Below are positions 24,191 to 36,797 of a stretch of 64,000 bases of DNA, piece by piece. The notes under the pieces were generated by a model that worked only from the letters and a program-made list of their open reading frames with translations, did no database searches and was not told where the DNA came from. Source of the stretch: Botryllus schlosseri. Its lineage: Eukaryota. Location of the stretch: assembly GCA_051294905.1 (NCBI GenBank), contig CM119372.1:23066001-23130000 (forward strand). Direction: 5' to 3'. Position numbers and translations under genes: made by a program. The stretch's first letter is position 1. Each line of letters begins with the position of its first letter.

Positions 24191-25712
24191 AATTATACGA
24201 ACAAGGAAGCAATAAGACAAAGACGTGAGTATTCGAATTCTGTCCCTTTTCTTCGCCTCTTACCTACGTCTCTCACCCGCATGACTTGATCGACCATCTA
24301 TTGCTTACTCGGCAAAGTGTACATCACCACAGTTTCAAACCAACGAAAATTCAGTAGACGTTCTTTAATTCCAATATAAAGATACATAGAAGTAAAATTA
24401 ACAGTTGTTTATGGACGAATAAGAATTACGGCAAATATATTATTGTACGACAATTATATCCATCATTCAGAAAGGCTCTCGAAAGTACAATTCTTCCTAT
24501 CATCGGATCCCAGAGTGTGTCAAGAAGTAGTTAAAAAAGGTAATTTAGCTATAGAACGGGGGAGCTGATTGTTTCTCAAGAGAAGCTGTATAAGGCCTTC
24601 GCTTATACCATGGTCCGAAATGACATCGTAGTCGGTGCGCGATTACCTCCTCTGATCCAACGACAACAATTAGGCTACATCAAACAGTTTAAAGCTGGTG
24701 GTTTCACATTGCTTCACTTGAGATACATCTTTCTTCGCCCACGTTGGGATTCACTGATTCAGCTGGAGGATGTTTTTATAAATTATTATCTGTCGTCTTT
24801 ATTTATGCATTAGTTTTCGATAATACAGCGTGCTTTGTGACATCATAAACCATCTGACGTGATGTAGCCTATGCCAGTGGTTCTCAACCTTTTCCACCTC
24901 GCGGGACTGTAAAATTTCAAAAAATATTTGACGGACCGGTGGACTTTCAAAAGTTAAAATCAACTCAAAACCTGAAGCATGCGAATGTTTTTTGCAAGTA
25001 CATGATGCTAGAGAGTGACATTTTGAGGGTTTTGATGGTTATTATTATGTACATGATGGCACCCAGGTGATTTTATCGTAGTAAGTCTGCTGAGCCGAGG
25101 TAAAATTGCCTTGCCCGAATAAACGTGCCAGCGCTGACAGTCGTTTACAGTCTTTCGCGCCGAAGGTCATTGATTTAACCAACCACGCCGACTCGAATAA
25201 TATTCTTCTCTTCGACAACATTGAGAGGACAAGCGTATTGGAGTCGAACCCAGCACCTTGTCGTGCTACCTTGCTCATTGCCCATACCACCAGACGTAGG
25301 CTACTCTGGCTACTATGAATACAATGCCCCGCACGAAAACACCTGACAACAGCTATACCTGGCCATCCATAAATCAGGGTCATGGTCTTGGGTCCCTACA
25401 GGGTGATTGATAAACCAAACTTATGGGAAGGCTTCGCCCCTAGACCCCACATATGGTTGGATGTTTCACCAGTACTTGTTAACACATTCATTCTACTCAG
25501 TGTAGGCCAGTGGTTCCCAACCGGTGGGGAATTCCCCCTGGTGGGGAATTCAATGGTTTCTGGTGGGGAATAGACCCATTTGTTAAACACGATATACAGG
25601 ACAGTCTACATATTTACGGCGCCACATGCGCAATTACCGTCGGAAACGCATCCAGCACGACCAGTATGATGTGAAATAACACTTGCGCTAAATTTTTAGG
25701 GTTACCTGTATC

Positions 25713-26076
25713 TAGGGTTACCATTTTTGGAATCGGGAAATGAGGACACTTTTACAAAATTTTCAAACTTAGAATACTGGAGGAAAATCCTGAAAATATG
25801 GTAAATTTTCCCACTTCGCACTAGGTTGACTAAAAAGAAGGTCAACTGACTGGCTCAGCACCCAAAATACAGTTTTTCTTTCGCATTATCCGTTGGTTGA
25901 CTAAAAAATAGTTGTCACTTTCGTTCGAACCATTTATGCCCAATTTCACTCGAATCTATCGATCAACTTAGCTCAAAAAGCTGTAAAGGAGGACGAATTG
26001 CCAAAAATGAGGGCATTTAGGTGTCATCGGAGGACATTTTCAAAAACCCGACAAAAAAGGACGTAAGGTAACCCTT
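25713..26076 (+). mobile_element. TAGGGTTACC-family MITE (GAGGAC repeats)
   Basis: TAGGGTTACC...GGTAACCCT, homologous to 26105-26387. TSD not clear. Confidence 0.65.
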
Positions 26077-26104
26077 TCCGATCGGATCAAAATGTGTTTT
26101 ATGT

Positions 26105-26387
26105 TAGGGTTACCATATTTTGGAAATCTGAAAAGAGGACACTTTTTCAGAATTTTCAGACTTGCAAAACCGGAGAGGAATTCTCAAAAAACGGTAAATT
26201 TTTCCCACTTTGTGGTCGGTTGACTAAAACAAAAATGGTCATCTTTCCCGCTCAACGTCCAAAATACCGCTATAAGTATGACCTACATTCTCAAACAAGA
26301 GGACAAAAGGGCGTCCTCCGGAGACACTTTCAAAAAAGTCAAAAAAAGAGGACAAATCCTCTTAAAAGAGGACGTATGGTAACCCTA
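26105..26387 (+). mobile_element. TAGGGTTACC-family hAT MITE
   Basis: TIR TAGGGTTACCATA/TATGGTAACCCTA; TSD TTTTATGT. Confidence 0.88.
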
Positions 26388-27238
26388 TTTTATGTTGCAG
26401 TTATAAGCGATTGTCTTGCGTACTGGCGTGGTTGTGTGTCTTGTGTACTGAAATAAGCAAATAGCAACTCCGTAATGACAAAAGTTTTGGGTAGGGGGAA
26501 TGAAGGCTCGGAATGAATCTGAAGTGGGAATGAAGACAAAAAGGTTGGGAACCACTGGTGTAGGCAGAAGGCCTATGTACCATAATCGCGGTAAGCGCGG
26601 AAATTTTCTATAATTCATGACTAAATCGGTCAATAATATTGGTAATTGCATATATATTGCTGTAAATTTTTATACTCTCAGGATTATCTGATTTTCTGGT
26701 ATAGTTGATTGAGGTGTCGTAGGGCACATAATTAATAATAATTAAATCTATTCGGGTGGGCCTGTTGGAATAATTGCTTCATTGCATGTCAATATTTAGT
26801 GACCTATAATGTCTGTTATATAGTGAGTAGATATTGAAATCACCCAAACTTACTAAACTAAAGGACGCACACGACTCCAAATTCGTATTTTTTCATGGCA
26901 AATATCTCTGTGGTCTGACATTTATCCTGTCGGGTACAGATTGCCAGGACGGCGAGATTCGGCGCCCTGGATTCGGGAGCCTATAGACAATTAAACATAT
27001 ACCTAACGAAGTTTTCAGTATAAAAAAGTCAATCCTTTTCGGCAAGGTCATCTCGCTGGCGAGGTTTTCACACAGGGTTCGGATTCCTATATGTTAGCCT
27101 AAATTTCATTATGTGTTCGCGCGTCGTGGAGGGATATTGGCTGACGCCGAAATGCCAATTTCTATAAATCATGAGCGCGATAAAAATTTTAAAAAGTAGG
27201 ATAAATTGTTTTAAAAATACTTCATAATTTATGTTCAT

Positions 27239-27901
27239 TAGGGATCTTCAAAAATGACTTTTTTTCTCAAATCGTACTGGCTACTTGATAAAATTGTTAG
27301 GTTACTTAATTTAAGCCTACACACAAGATTTGGTTCAATTCCAGCCAGTAACCGCTTTGCTACAGGAGAAGAAAGTTTCTATTTATTATATAAAAATAAA
27401 TAATGAAAAATTTGAAAATTTTCTGTTTACCCCATGAAAGTGTTAGAGTGTTTATAGAAACGATGCTCACCAAATTTGGTTCAATTCCAACCAGTGGAAG
27501 CGGAGTTATTGCCGTCGAAAAATTTTGATTTGAATAAAATAGTATTTACGGTGACCGATTCTTTATTTATTTATTATAGTTATGCTCACCGTAAACACTA
27601 TTTTATTCAAATCCAAATTTTTCGACGGCAAGAACTCCGCTTCCACTGGTTGGAATTGAACCAAATTTGGTGAGCATCGTTTCTATAGACAGCCTAACAC
27701 TTTCGTGGGGTAAACAGAAAATTTTCATATTTTTTATTATTTATTTTTATATAATAAATAGAAACTTCCTTCTCCTGTAGCAAAGCGGTTACTGGCTGGA
27801 ATTGAACCAAATTTTGTGTGTAGGCTTAAATTAGGTAACCTAACAATTTTATCAAGTAGCCAGTACGATTTGAGAAAAAAAGTCATTTTTGAAGAGCCCT
27901 A
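27239..27901. mobile_element. Foldback hAT MITE (TAGGG(A/C)TCTTCAAAAATGAC), 663-bp near-perfect hairpin
   Basis: Full-length inverted repeat; TSD ATGTTCAT. Related to the 14873 and 16049 foldbacks. Confidence 0.92.
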
Positions 27902-29884
27902 ATGTTCATACACCAAATAATGTTGGGCCCCCTTCAAGCTTGGCCCCACTCCAATTGGAGGGTTTGTGGTGCGGCAGTTACGGTCCTTCACAAAATGAAT
28001 AAATCGAAAACGAATGATCGCGCAAACTTCGCGGTTTAGCGAGTCAGCTCGTAGTTGTCGTTCGCATGTCGTCAAATGACACGGCTTAAACTTAAAGTCA
28101 CATCGAACATGTTTCCAGACCAAATGTTACTTTACGAAGTTCTTAGTTTAAAATGAGTAAGTTGTAAATTTAATGTTCAATATATTTTATCAATGGACAA
28201 ACTTTCAACACATTGCATCTTGACATTAAGGAATAAAATTGTAATATACCTCGCGGACCGGCTGGAAAGTCGTTGCGGACCGGCGGTTGAGAACCACTGG
28301 CCTATACTACCTGCTATCAGGGAATCGTTCGCATTTTCGGACAAATTTGTTTGATTTTTATAGCGCCGCGAGATATCAAAAACAGTCGACGTCGCGTATT
28401 TGCACACTTTTGGGTTAATTTAGCGGAAAATCCATTCTTCGTTTCATGATCATGCGTAAAAGCAGACAACGCATTTAAAATACAGGACTGCTGCGTAATG
28501 AATCGGCACTAATCGTATAAGGCGCACAACCTTCAGGTTATAGTTGTATTGTACAGTATTGCGATAACAAACGATTCAAAAATACTATTTACTGTACGCA
28601 CATATGTACAATTTATACATATAACGTTGAGATAGTACAATAATTCTTCAAATATAGTAAAGCCATGCAGCAAGGGTCGAAATGACATTTTCACTCGCAA
28701 AACGATAGAAATTAATCGAAAAAAGCTTTTAGATCGGACAGAAAATCATTTATGTAAAATCTATGACAATGCTAACTGAACAATGCTTCGGTGGACTCAT
28801 ACGTTTGCGCCACTGCATGGATCGCCATTGTTTCACCATAGTCACTCATCTAGTGTCGAGAAAATCTCACCTACAATATGTTATGTAACCAGAAAAGCAT
28901 TCGACAGTTTTGATGAAAATTGAAGGAACTTTTTTTTTTTTGAAAAACCGTGAAACAGGAATTGAAAGTATGCACATTTTTCGTTCAAGAGTGACCACCT
29001 TGTGGTGGGTCAGTAATGGGTTTGGGGAGCCACATCAAAAAGATGGTCTTATGGGAAAGAGTGAGCACGGCGACGTTTCCTTGTGCAAGATCGCCGTCGA
29101 CTCGCCCTTCATTTTGCGAATAGTAGGTTGAACGTAGATGGGGGTAAACCAGGGGTGGGCGAACTTTTCAGCTCGCGGGCCGCATTCAACATTTGAATCC
29201 CTTCGCGGGCTGCACAATATAAAATCCCAAATCCAATATTGTTATACGACATGGAAATAATATATATGTATTTGTATATTCAAAACGAACCAAACATTGA
29301 TTTGATGATAACGTACACGCGTTAGAAACATCGACGAGAATTTATAAGCTGGTTGTCCTCATGGTCAAAATTAGAGATGAAAGTCGGTTGTCCCGATTCT
29401 TAGAACTGGATGTAAAATTGAGTCTGTGAGCAGCGATCTGTTCACAAACGTTTGTGTCTATTAAATGGGCAACTCCGCAAACGGGAAATTGCGCAACACG
29501 ACTTGTCATCAATCAATATTGTATCAGCTCGATACTGACCAAGTCTAATATTTCTTCAAATATTGGTCGTTTCAAAATATGATTGGGAGCCACTGATGAT
29601 GAGTAGATGATTTTGGCTTAGTCGTATCATAGGTACGGCCTATATAAGGCTATAGCGTGCATGCTGAAAAAGTTCGAGCACCACCACCCCCTCCCCGCTG
29701 ATGTGGAGAATGTTCAGGAGACTTCACATAGTTTGTCGAACCTATGCATTGATGTCACACTCCGGTACCCAATAAACAAAATAAAGATTAGTAGTTCACC
29801 AAGATGAATTATCGCTGATCTGAGGTATACTTTCCGAATAATTTATTGCAATCGTTCCTCTCGAAGTAAGTGATATATGTGACT

Positions 29885-32800
29885 TCAACGGAAGCTCATC
29901 TCTGTGAACTGCATATTCAAATCTGTTTTTGTATCATGATAATACCAACGAATCCCACGACCATGGGTTACATTGTACAATCCATTGAGGTTTGATCTGT
30001 GGCAATCGTTGTACCACCATCCTCCTTTGAATTCTATTGCACAGTTAGATTTTGCACGTAGATCGTTGTCTGCGTCTTTTGTGGTAAACTGTTGGTCGTT
30101 CAAAATACCTTTCCTATTACTGCCAACAGATCGTGCAATGGCATCACTTGCGTTCCCCGAATATCCACTCACGTGTAGTCTGTAATTTTCAGAGGCCGGT
30201 GCGATGTTGAAGGAACTGTTGAAAATTAATATTATTATTTGGTAACCATATTTTGCAGAGCAAATTTCAAGTACTCTTTAGCGCCCACTAGTGGATTTTA
30301 AAATTAGGTATGGTACATTTTCTTTCAATATGAAGTCACACTAGCAAAGTTTTGCCTATCGACCATAGGTGGTCACGATCCGGATCAGGAGCCGTTATAA
30401 TGTTAGGTCGGTGCATTTATGTGGTTGTGTGTTGTAACCAGGATCGAAACAATATTTTTTCAGCCTCCTCCCATCCAAATAAGCACTGATCTTGAGTCCA
30501 CCATAGGGTAATCGATGCAACTTCTGGGGCCTTACTATATACATCTAGTTTCTATATGCATCTGGTCGTTGAGTTTTGTGAATGAAATCAATCTACATTA
30601 TTGCATCTTCCATGTATTACTATAAAATTTTGATCCTTGTTCCGCCCATATGATAATAGTTAGCGGTGGAGCTGGTGGAAGAAGATGACTTCGAAAATAC
30701 AGGGAACTGAATTATACATCGTAAAGTCATGTCATATCACACGGTTAAGACCATTCATGAGCCTGAATGCAGATCCGCACCAGTAGGCTGCACATCAGGT
30801 GGTTTTCAACCTTTCATGGTCGCGACTCCATTTCTAATTGGTTGTGGATGATTACTGAAAAACGGTCAGCAGCTTTGCCCAGACTTACTTGACCGATTCC
30901 AGTAATATACTGTTCTCCCATAATGGCGATTACATTTAGACTTATTTCAGTAAAAGATGGTTACTTTTATCAATTTTTGATTGCATGCTTTTTGAGGGCA
31001 GTGTCTCGCATATTAAAACAATGATCGTGACGCTAAATCGCGCGGAGCGCGAAGAAAAATTTCACGTGCCATAAATATGCCCAAAATAATAACTCTTCTG
31101 TTGATTTACGAAAACATTTTGATCCTATTTCAAACCTTTGAAATCCCGGACATTTAGGCATATTTTAGAAATTCCTCCCGGACGCAGTTTTAGTAGTGAA
31201 ATTCCGGACATCATCATCATCATCATTGGTTTATTAGCAATTTTATCAGTTCAATACACCACAAAAATGCGATACAATGAAAAGACAGGAAGATGTCGAA
31301 GCGACAAGGAGTAGTCTATGGAATCTGACACCCACCTTGGCCTAGGCCAGTGGTTCCCAACGTGGGCGATATCGCCCCCCAGGGGCGATTTGGCGGTCTA
31401 GGGGGGCGAAAATGACGAAGGGGGCGACAGGGAGGTGAAAATGGACAAAGGGGGCGACGGGGGCGAAAATAGCGAAGGCGGCTGACCTTTTTTTTTTTCT
31501 TAGGCAACCCACGGAAATTTAGTTGCAAAAGTGTGTCAAAATGGACATCGAGCCGAAAATTTGACCTTTTTTTTTTTTTTTAGTCAACCCGATGGTGATT
31601 ACAGTTTGTATGCCCAACTTTCGGTACAGAAAATTTGGGGGGCGATGTTGGGTGTTGACCTTGAAAAGGGGGCGATGGGTCGAAAAAGGTTGGGAACCAC
31701 TGGCCTAGGCGATGTAAAGAGGAGGCATACACACTGAATGAAATTAAAGAAGATAGTACAGAAAAAGAATGTGACAAGAAATAGGGCGGCATGTCATGGG
31801 AAGCGAGATCGATAGGTCAGTCGTGGTCCGGTAATCTTGAGGATGGACATGTCCGGGAAATTCCGGACGTATGGCAACCCTATATCATTTCAGGCGCTTT
31901 TAAGGGATGGGGAATTTCCAGAACAGTCCATGAACCAATGGTTTTGCCGTATCAGGATATATGTAATTTGTTTAGCTTCTGGTCGTGTACCTGTTGGTTT
32001 TGTTTTGGTATTCATGATGTTTCGACATCAATAATCATTTTACACCAGATCGATATTATCTCATTTGATTCCTGAACTGCCGACTTGAAGCACGACCTTA
32101 TCTCGTTATCGAATTTTTCAAATCACCGCTTACGCTGATCGGATGTTCGAACCTGTATTTTGCTGTGTAGTAAGTCCCATTCCATTCGATCATGTTTATC
32201 CGCAGCTCGTGATTTCCGGTCTTGGTCAGTTGATGAAGTTTTTTTAGACCTTCGGAAATAGCAAATTTTGATTTTCGTCACTCGTTTACCGAGATCCTGT
32301 ACCCTATCACCTAATTCTATATTTAAACAATAAATTACAATATAATTTAGATTTAAAGTCTTTAGGGAATTAACGGGATTTAGAACATTTCTCCAGAGAG
32401 AGAGGGAATGATATTCTTTTTCGCCTGCACCATCGAGATGCTTTGACGACGGAGTTGCGATACGACCGTGAGGTCATCTAGTCTGCGCCCCCGTTTTTTT
32501 TCTTCTCCATACTATCCGTGATTGCTGAGCGCCTAGCAGGATAACTGCGGATACCAATTTTCGAGTCTTTGGTATGACCCGGCCGGTGATCGAACCCACG
32601 ACCTACCGATCGAGAAGCCGGACGCATAACCATTACACTATCTCCCTCTTAGCATTGAAGGATTCGCCAGGTATTCAACAAAATATGCTGCTGACTACAA
32701 TTGGGAATGGAATGAACGAAATTGCTGTCAAAACAGCGTTTCTGTAACTTCACATAAGCGTTGATACTTTTCTCTTTCTTATATTTTCGAAAAGTGGTCA

Positions 32801-35800
32801 GGGACTCCCAAATGGTGACTTACCACGTCTATAAAGCACATCAGTCATTAATGGATCTTTCAATATCACATGAAAAGTTATCTTTTAAAAGTGTAATCAA
32901 ATGCCTTAGCTTGCTACACTGCTGAATAAAGACGATTCGATGTTAGTCTAATCGTAAACCATCCCTTCCAATTCAACCTTGTCCAAGTTTACTGGAAATC
33001 GTCAGATGTACGATAGCTTGCGACAAGTTAAGAATTCCTGCTCTATCTTGAGCAGGACTCTAGTCTAAGAGGTGGGCCACAGAACATTTTCAAATTGGAC
33101 AATGTGCCACGACCAATGTTCCGTCTAAGCAGCGTGCGCACTGCTGACAATCTCCACGGGGTACAGAATAAAAAATCCACCTGTGGTTCGAAAATAATTA
33201 TCAGACGAAGCGACACCATCTCTTTTGTAGAAAATATTAAAATGCGATAAAAAAAACTCGAGTCCGTCGGGAATCGAGTCAAAGTGACGACTTTTTTAGT
33301 CAACACCAGATATTATCGTAAAAAAGTTTTTTTTTCTAGTCAGCACCACACATGATGACATTACCGGAAAAAATGCGGGTAAATCGGGAGTCCAGCCGAG
33401 GCTACGCACTCTTGTCCAAGGGACCGCGCAGTGAGTTGGTGAGACCGCCCAGACTCGTGAATAATTAGCGGGAACATTGGCCATACGACCCAAAAACGAT
33501 TGAAAACTCCTATTCTAGAGGGATAGAGGGATGAGTGATTCTGAAAGGAGTCAATTGTTCAAATGCTTTAGCCGTATCAGGATCTATATCATTTGTACGG
33601 GTTCTGTTCGTACCAATATTGGTCATTTTACACCAGGCCGATATTATCTTTTGTGATATTTGACTTACAGAAGGCTAACTTTATGAAACATCGTTTACGC
33701 TAATCGGATATTGGTGCCAGTATTTGCCACGTAAAATTCAAAATTGTCATACAAGACAGCAAATGTTGCACATAGTTGCGTGCCTATATATCTGCTGTCC
33801 GCAAATCTTGCTTTTTTACTCCATTCACTATTATAGTAACAAATCTTTGACGTCACTAATTCCCAAAAAGGGTAAAAATTGCACTGCACATATAATAGAT
33901 ATCTCGCTAGAAAAATTTGACCGAAAGCTAGTTCTTCACAGAGGCGGAAACGCCAAGGCTAAGCCGTTGAATGTTGCATGCAAGGCACACTGCTCAGTTT
34001 TCCAGGGATGTAATGACTCGATTTTCACGATTTTCTGATGACTCGACTTGACTCGAGTCATTTTCTCAAAATACGGAAATGACTCGACTCGACTCGAGTC
34101 AATCTGTGTTTGGACTCGACTTGGACTCGAGTCATTGCGCATGACTCGAACCAAGTCATATGACTTGAGACTCAAACGGCCAAGACCGACATTCCATTGT
34201 CACTTCGAAGAACAGTAAAGTAACCAGCCTATTGGGATTTCGTATATATTGGCACTGGTACTTGAAAATGCGACCAGAAACTGTTAAAAGCGAGGAAAAG
34301 TAGTATATTATCAATGCGAACCATTCGATATCACCAAACAGAGTTGTAAAAGTGGGTTTAACAGGACTTCAACTGGAAACTGAGCAGTCAACACAGTGAC
34401 TTGGACTCGGACTCTAGTCATAATACCATGACTCGGACTCGAATCTCTGCTCGATGACTTGGACTCGGACTTGACTCGGTGGTGAATGGAAAATGACTCG
34501 ACTTGACTCGAGTCAAAACCATAAAAGTGAGATTGACTTGTGACTCGGAGCTTTGTAACTTGGTTACAACCCTGCAGTTCTCATGCTCATGGAATATAAT
34601 GAAAATATATGTGGTGCGATCGCGGAATTTCTCGTAATTTAGTGTCGAAGTCACATACATTGTCTGCGGATCGTCATAATGTGGCTTGTGAACAAGTTCG
34701 ACATTTGCTAAACATAGGGTTACCGTACTTCCATAGATGACGCGAAAATGGGTTTAGACAGCAGAGACGGCAAGGTTGACTAAAAAAAGGTCAACCATCA
34801 CCAAATTTACGTTCGACCGGGTCTTTCTGTAGTCGAGTTGGAAAATGACATTTTTTTAGTCAACACAACAGTATTTCCAGTAAAGATTTTTAAATTACCC
34901 CATTTCTCCTTGTATATTAAAAAAATTTAATTTGTAAAAGTGTTCATTTTTCCGGATCTCAAAATATGGTAACCGTTGCTAAATATGTATGACTGAAAGT
35001 GAGGGCATGCTAAAGTAAAAGGCTCGGTGTTTCAGAAAATTGGGAGCTCAACAGAAGAATTCTTACCAAGCCAGAACTCGCCGTCTGCATTTCCAAATCC
35101 ATTGACGTAATCGTTCCATCCACGATAAAAATTAACAGATCCATCCATGCGGCGTTGAAAGACCTGATATATGTCAGTATCATATAATAGAGGTTATTTT
35201 CAATTTAGTAGAAACTATCATAGGGATGGTGCGAAACCCTCAAAAGTTCTGGCTCGTGTGGAACACAAACTCTAATGATCGGTTAGTTGTGAACGCGAAC
35301 ATGAACACTGCGATTCCGCGAGTATATGACTGTGTACGTCTACAATACTTGAGGAACAAAGTACCGTAGTTTTTCAAAGTGCAATAGTATCAGATTATAA
35401 TTTTGCCGTTCGAAAATATGGTGGTACTACAAATACTTCTTCATCCAAAATCTGGATAGGGGCCATTGAGCTCATTAACTCCCCCAGACTACATTCACGA
35501 ATGCACAAATGTGCGTACTACTACTCGTGCTACTGTATGTGATTTCTAAGATTGATAAGTAGTCTGGTACATTCTTGAACCCGCAATTCGAAATTAGCAA
35601 GAATCCAGATTGTCGTCTTTTTTGGAACGAGCCTTTTGTCTTACCTTTCGTGCTTTGTCTATTGTTTTGGTGATATTTAGTCAATAATCAAAACGCGCTT
35701 TGTGTAATCCAAAAAATGTGTCTGGAGCAAACGTCATGTCGTAGGATGGTGGTGGGATACTAGAGTAAATCGTTGGTAATAAACAGGTCACTTCTATTTG

Positions 35801-36797
35801 GACTACAATATAGCCCCTCTTTCCACCCGGTATTGTGGGGTTGCCCAAACAATCATCGGATAGAGTCTTCGGAACTAACGAACAATTTTGCACAACGGAA
35901 CAAAAATATAGTATTTGCGGTTCTGTCAGACGTCGATGTGACTCTGTCACTGTGCAAGATTATAGGATCATAAGATAATGATCTAGCTCCAGCGCGTTTC
36001 CTGGCCGATCGCGCACGCTGACGGGAATGAGTCATTGTATACTATCTACAAACAGAATATCGAAACATTTTCAGTCAAGGACTAAAAATCAGTGCACTTT
36101 TATCTCATTTTTGTACAGAATTTCCTTTTTAATGCCATCGTGACACAGCGCGTGATAAGAAAGTTGGAATTGAAGGAGTATTGATCATTGATGTCGATTA
36201 TGCCGAAAGTTTTTGTCATTCCACTAAATGGTTAACAGGGTAGAACCTCCCAAGATTCATTTGTGAACGCGAAGTTCTGATTTTCCTAGATTAGCATGCG
36301 AACGTGAATGTGACCCGAACGTTAGTAATATCTGTATAGTGGTAACTCGCATGGAATGGTTTTCCAGCAGGCGACACCATAAATTTAATATTTCAGATTT
36401 TGCACTGGGACGTTTTTCATGAATGTCAACCGAATCAGATCAGTGTTACTACTAGGCTATACTACTACACTGTGTGTTACTAAATTATGAATATTAATTT
36501 TAATTCTTATAGGGTTTATTGAATGCAAAATTACGATCTACAGTGGGCGAAGATTCCAAAAAACAGTGGCCCGATCATCTCTGCCAAATTCACTCAGACT
36601 CGCCCCACGACCAATAGGTGTTCAATTTCGATGATGTATTGAAAGAAGGCATTTTTAACTTGCTGTTAGATCCAGCTCAAATCGGACGAACTCATCAGTG
36701 TCACAGCATCACTTCCGAAATTGCGAACGCTACTCACGGTCCATTCTCTGTTACCCGCTTGAACTTCGCTTGCTATTTTCGCGATACCTCCGTAATC
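29885..36797 (-). CDS. Fibrinogen C-terminal domain (FReD; ficolin/tenascin/angiopoietin-like) protein, 5' end unresolved
   Basis: Phase-consistent exons: 36738-36797 (..GNREWT), 35067-35163 ([32 protein letters not shown]), 32153-32249 ([20 protein letters not shown]) and 29885-30215 ([39 protein letters not shown]). AATAAA on - at 29842-29847. A possible upstream exon lies at ~37198-37322. Confidence 0.88.
31348..31702. mobile_element. hAT MITE (CAGTGGTTCCCAAC, GGGGCG repeats) in FReD intron
   Basis: TIRs intact; TSD GCCTAGGC. Confidence 0.9.
32400..32646 (-). mobile_element. tRNA-derived SINE family 1
   Basis: Reverse complement of the 10044 head and core, ending in a (TC)n tail. Confidence 0.72.
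34003..34574 (-). mobile_element. hAT MITE, CAGGGTTGTAA family
   Basis: CAGGGATGTAA...TTACAACCCTG; TSD CAGTTTTC/CAGTTCTC. Confidence 0.85.
34715..34977 (-). mobile_element. TAGGGTTACC-family MITE, degraded
   Basis: TAGGGTTACC...GGTAACCGTT; TSD GCTAAACA/GCTAAATA. Confidence 0.65.

Larger units (their letters stand above)
25508..26557. mobile_element. hAT MITE (CAGTGGTTCCCAACC)
   Basis: TIRs CAGTGGTTCCCAACC/GGTTGGGAACCACTG; TSD GTGTAGGC. Confidence 0.85.
24875..28299 (-). mobile_element. hAT MITE, CAGTGGTTCTCAACC family, with nested inserts
   Basis: TIRs intact; TSD GCCTATGC/GCCTATAC. Reverse-homologous to 43473-45247. Confidence 0.88.

Noticed and set aside
35475..36035. Cluster of short minus-strand ORFs in a FReD intron
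   Set aside because: No recognisable domain or consistent splice phase. It may be an old insertion.
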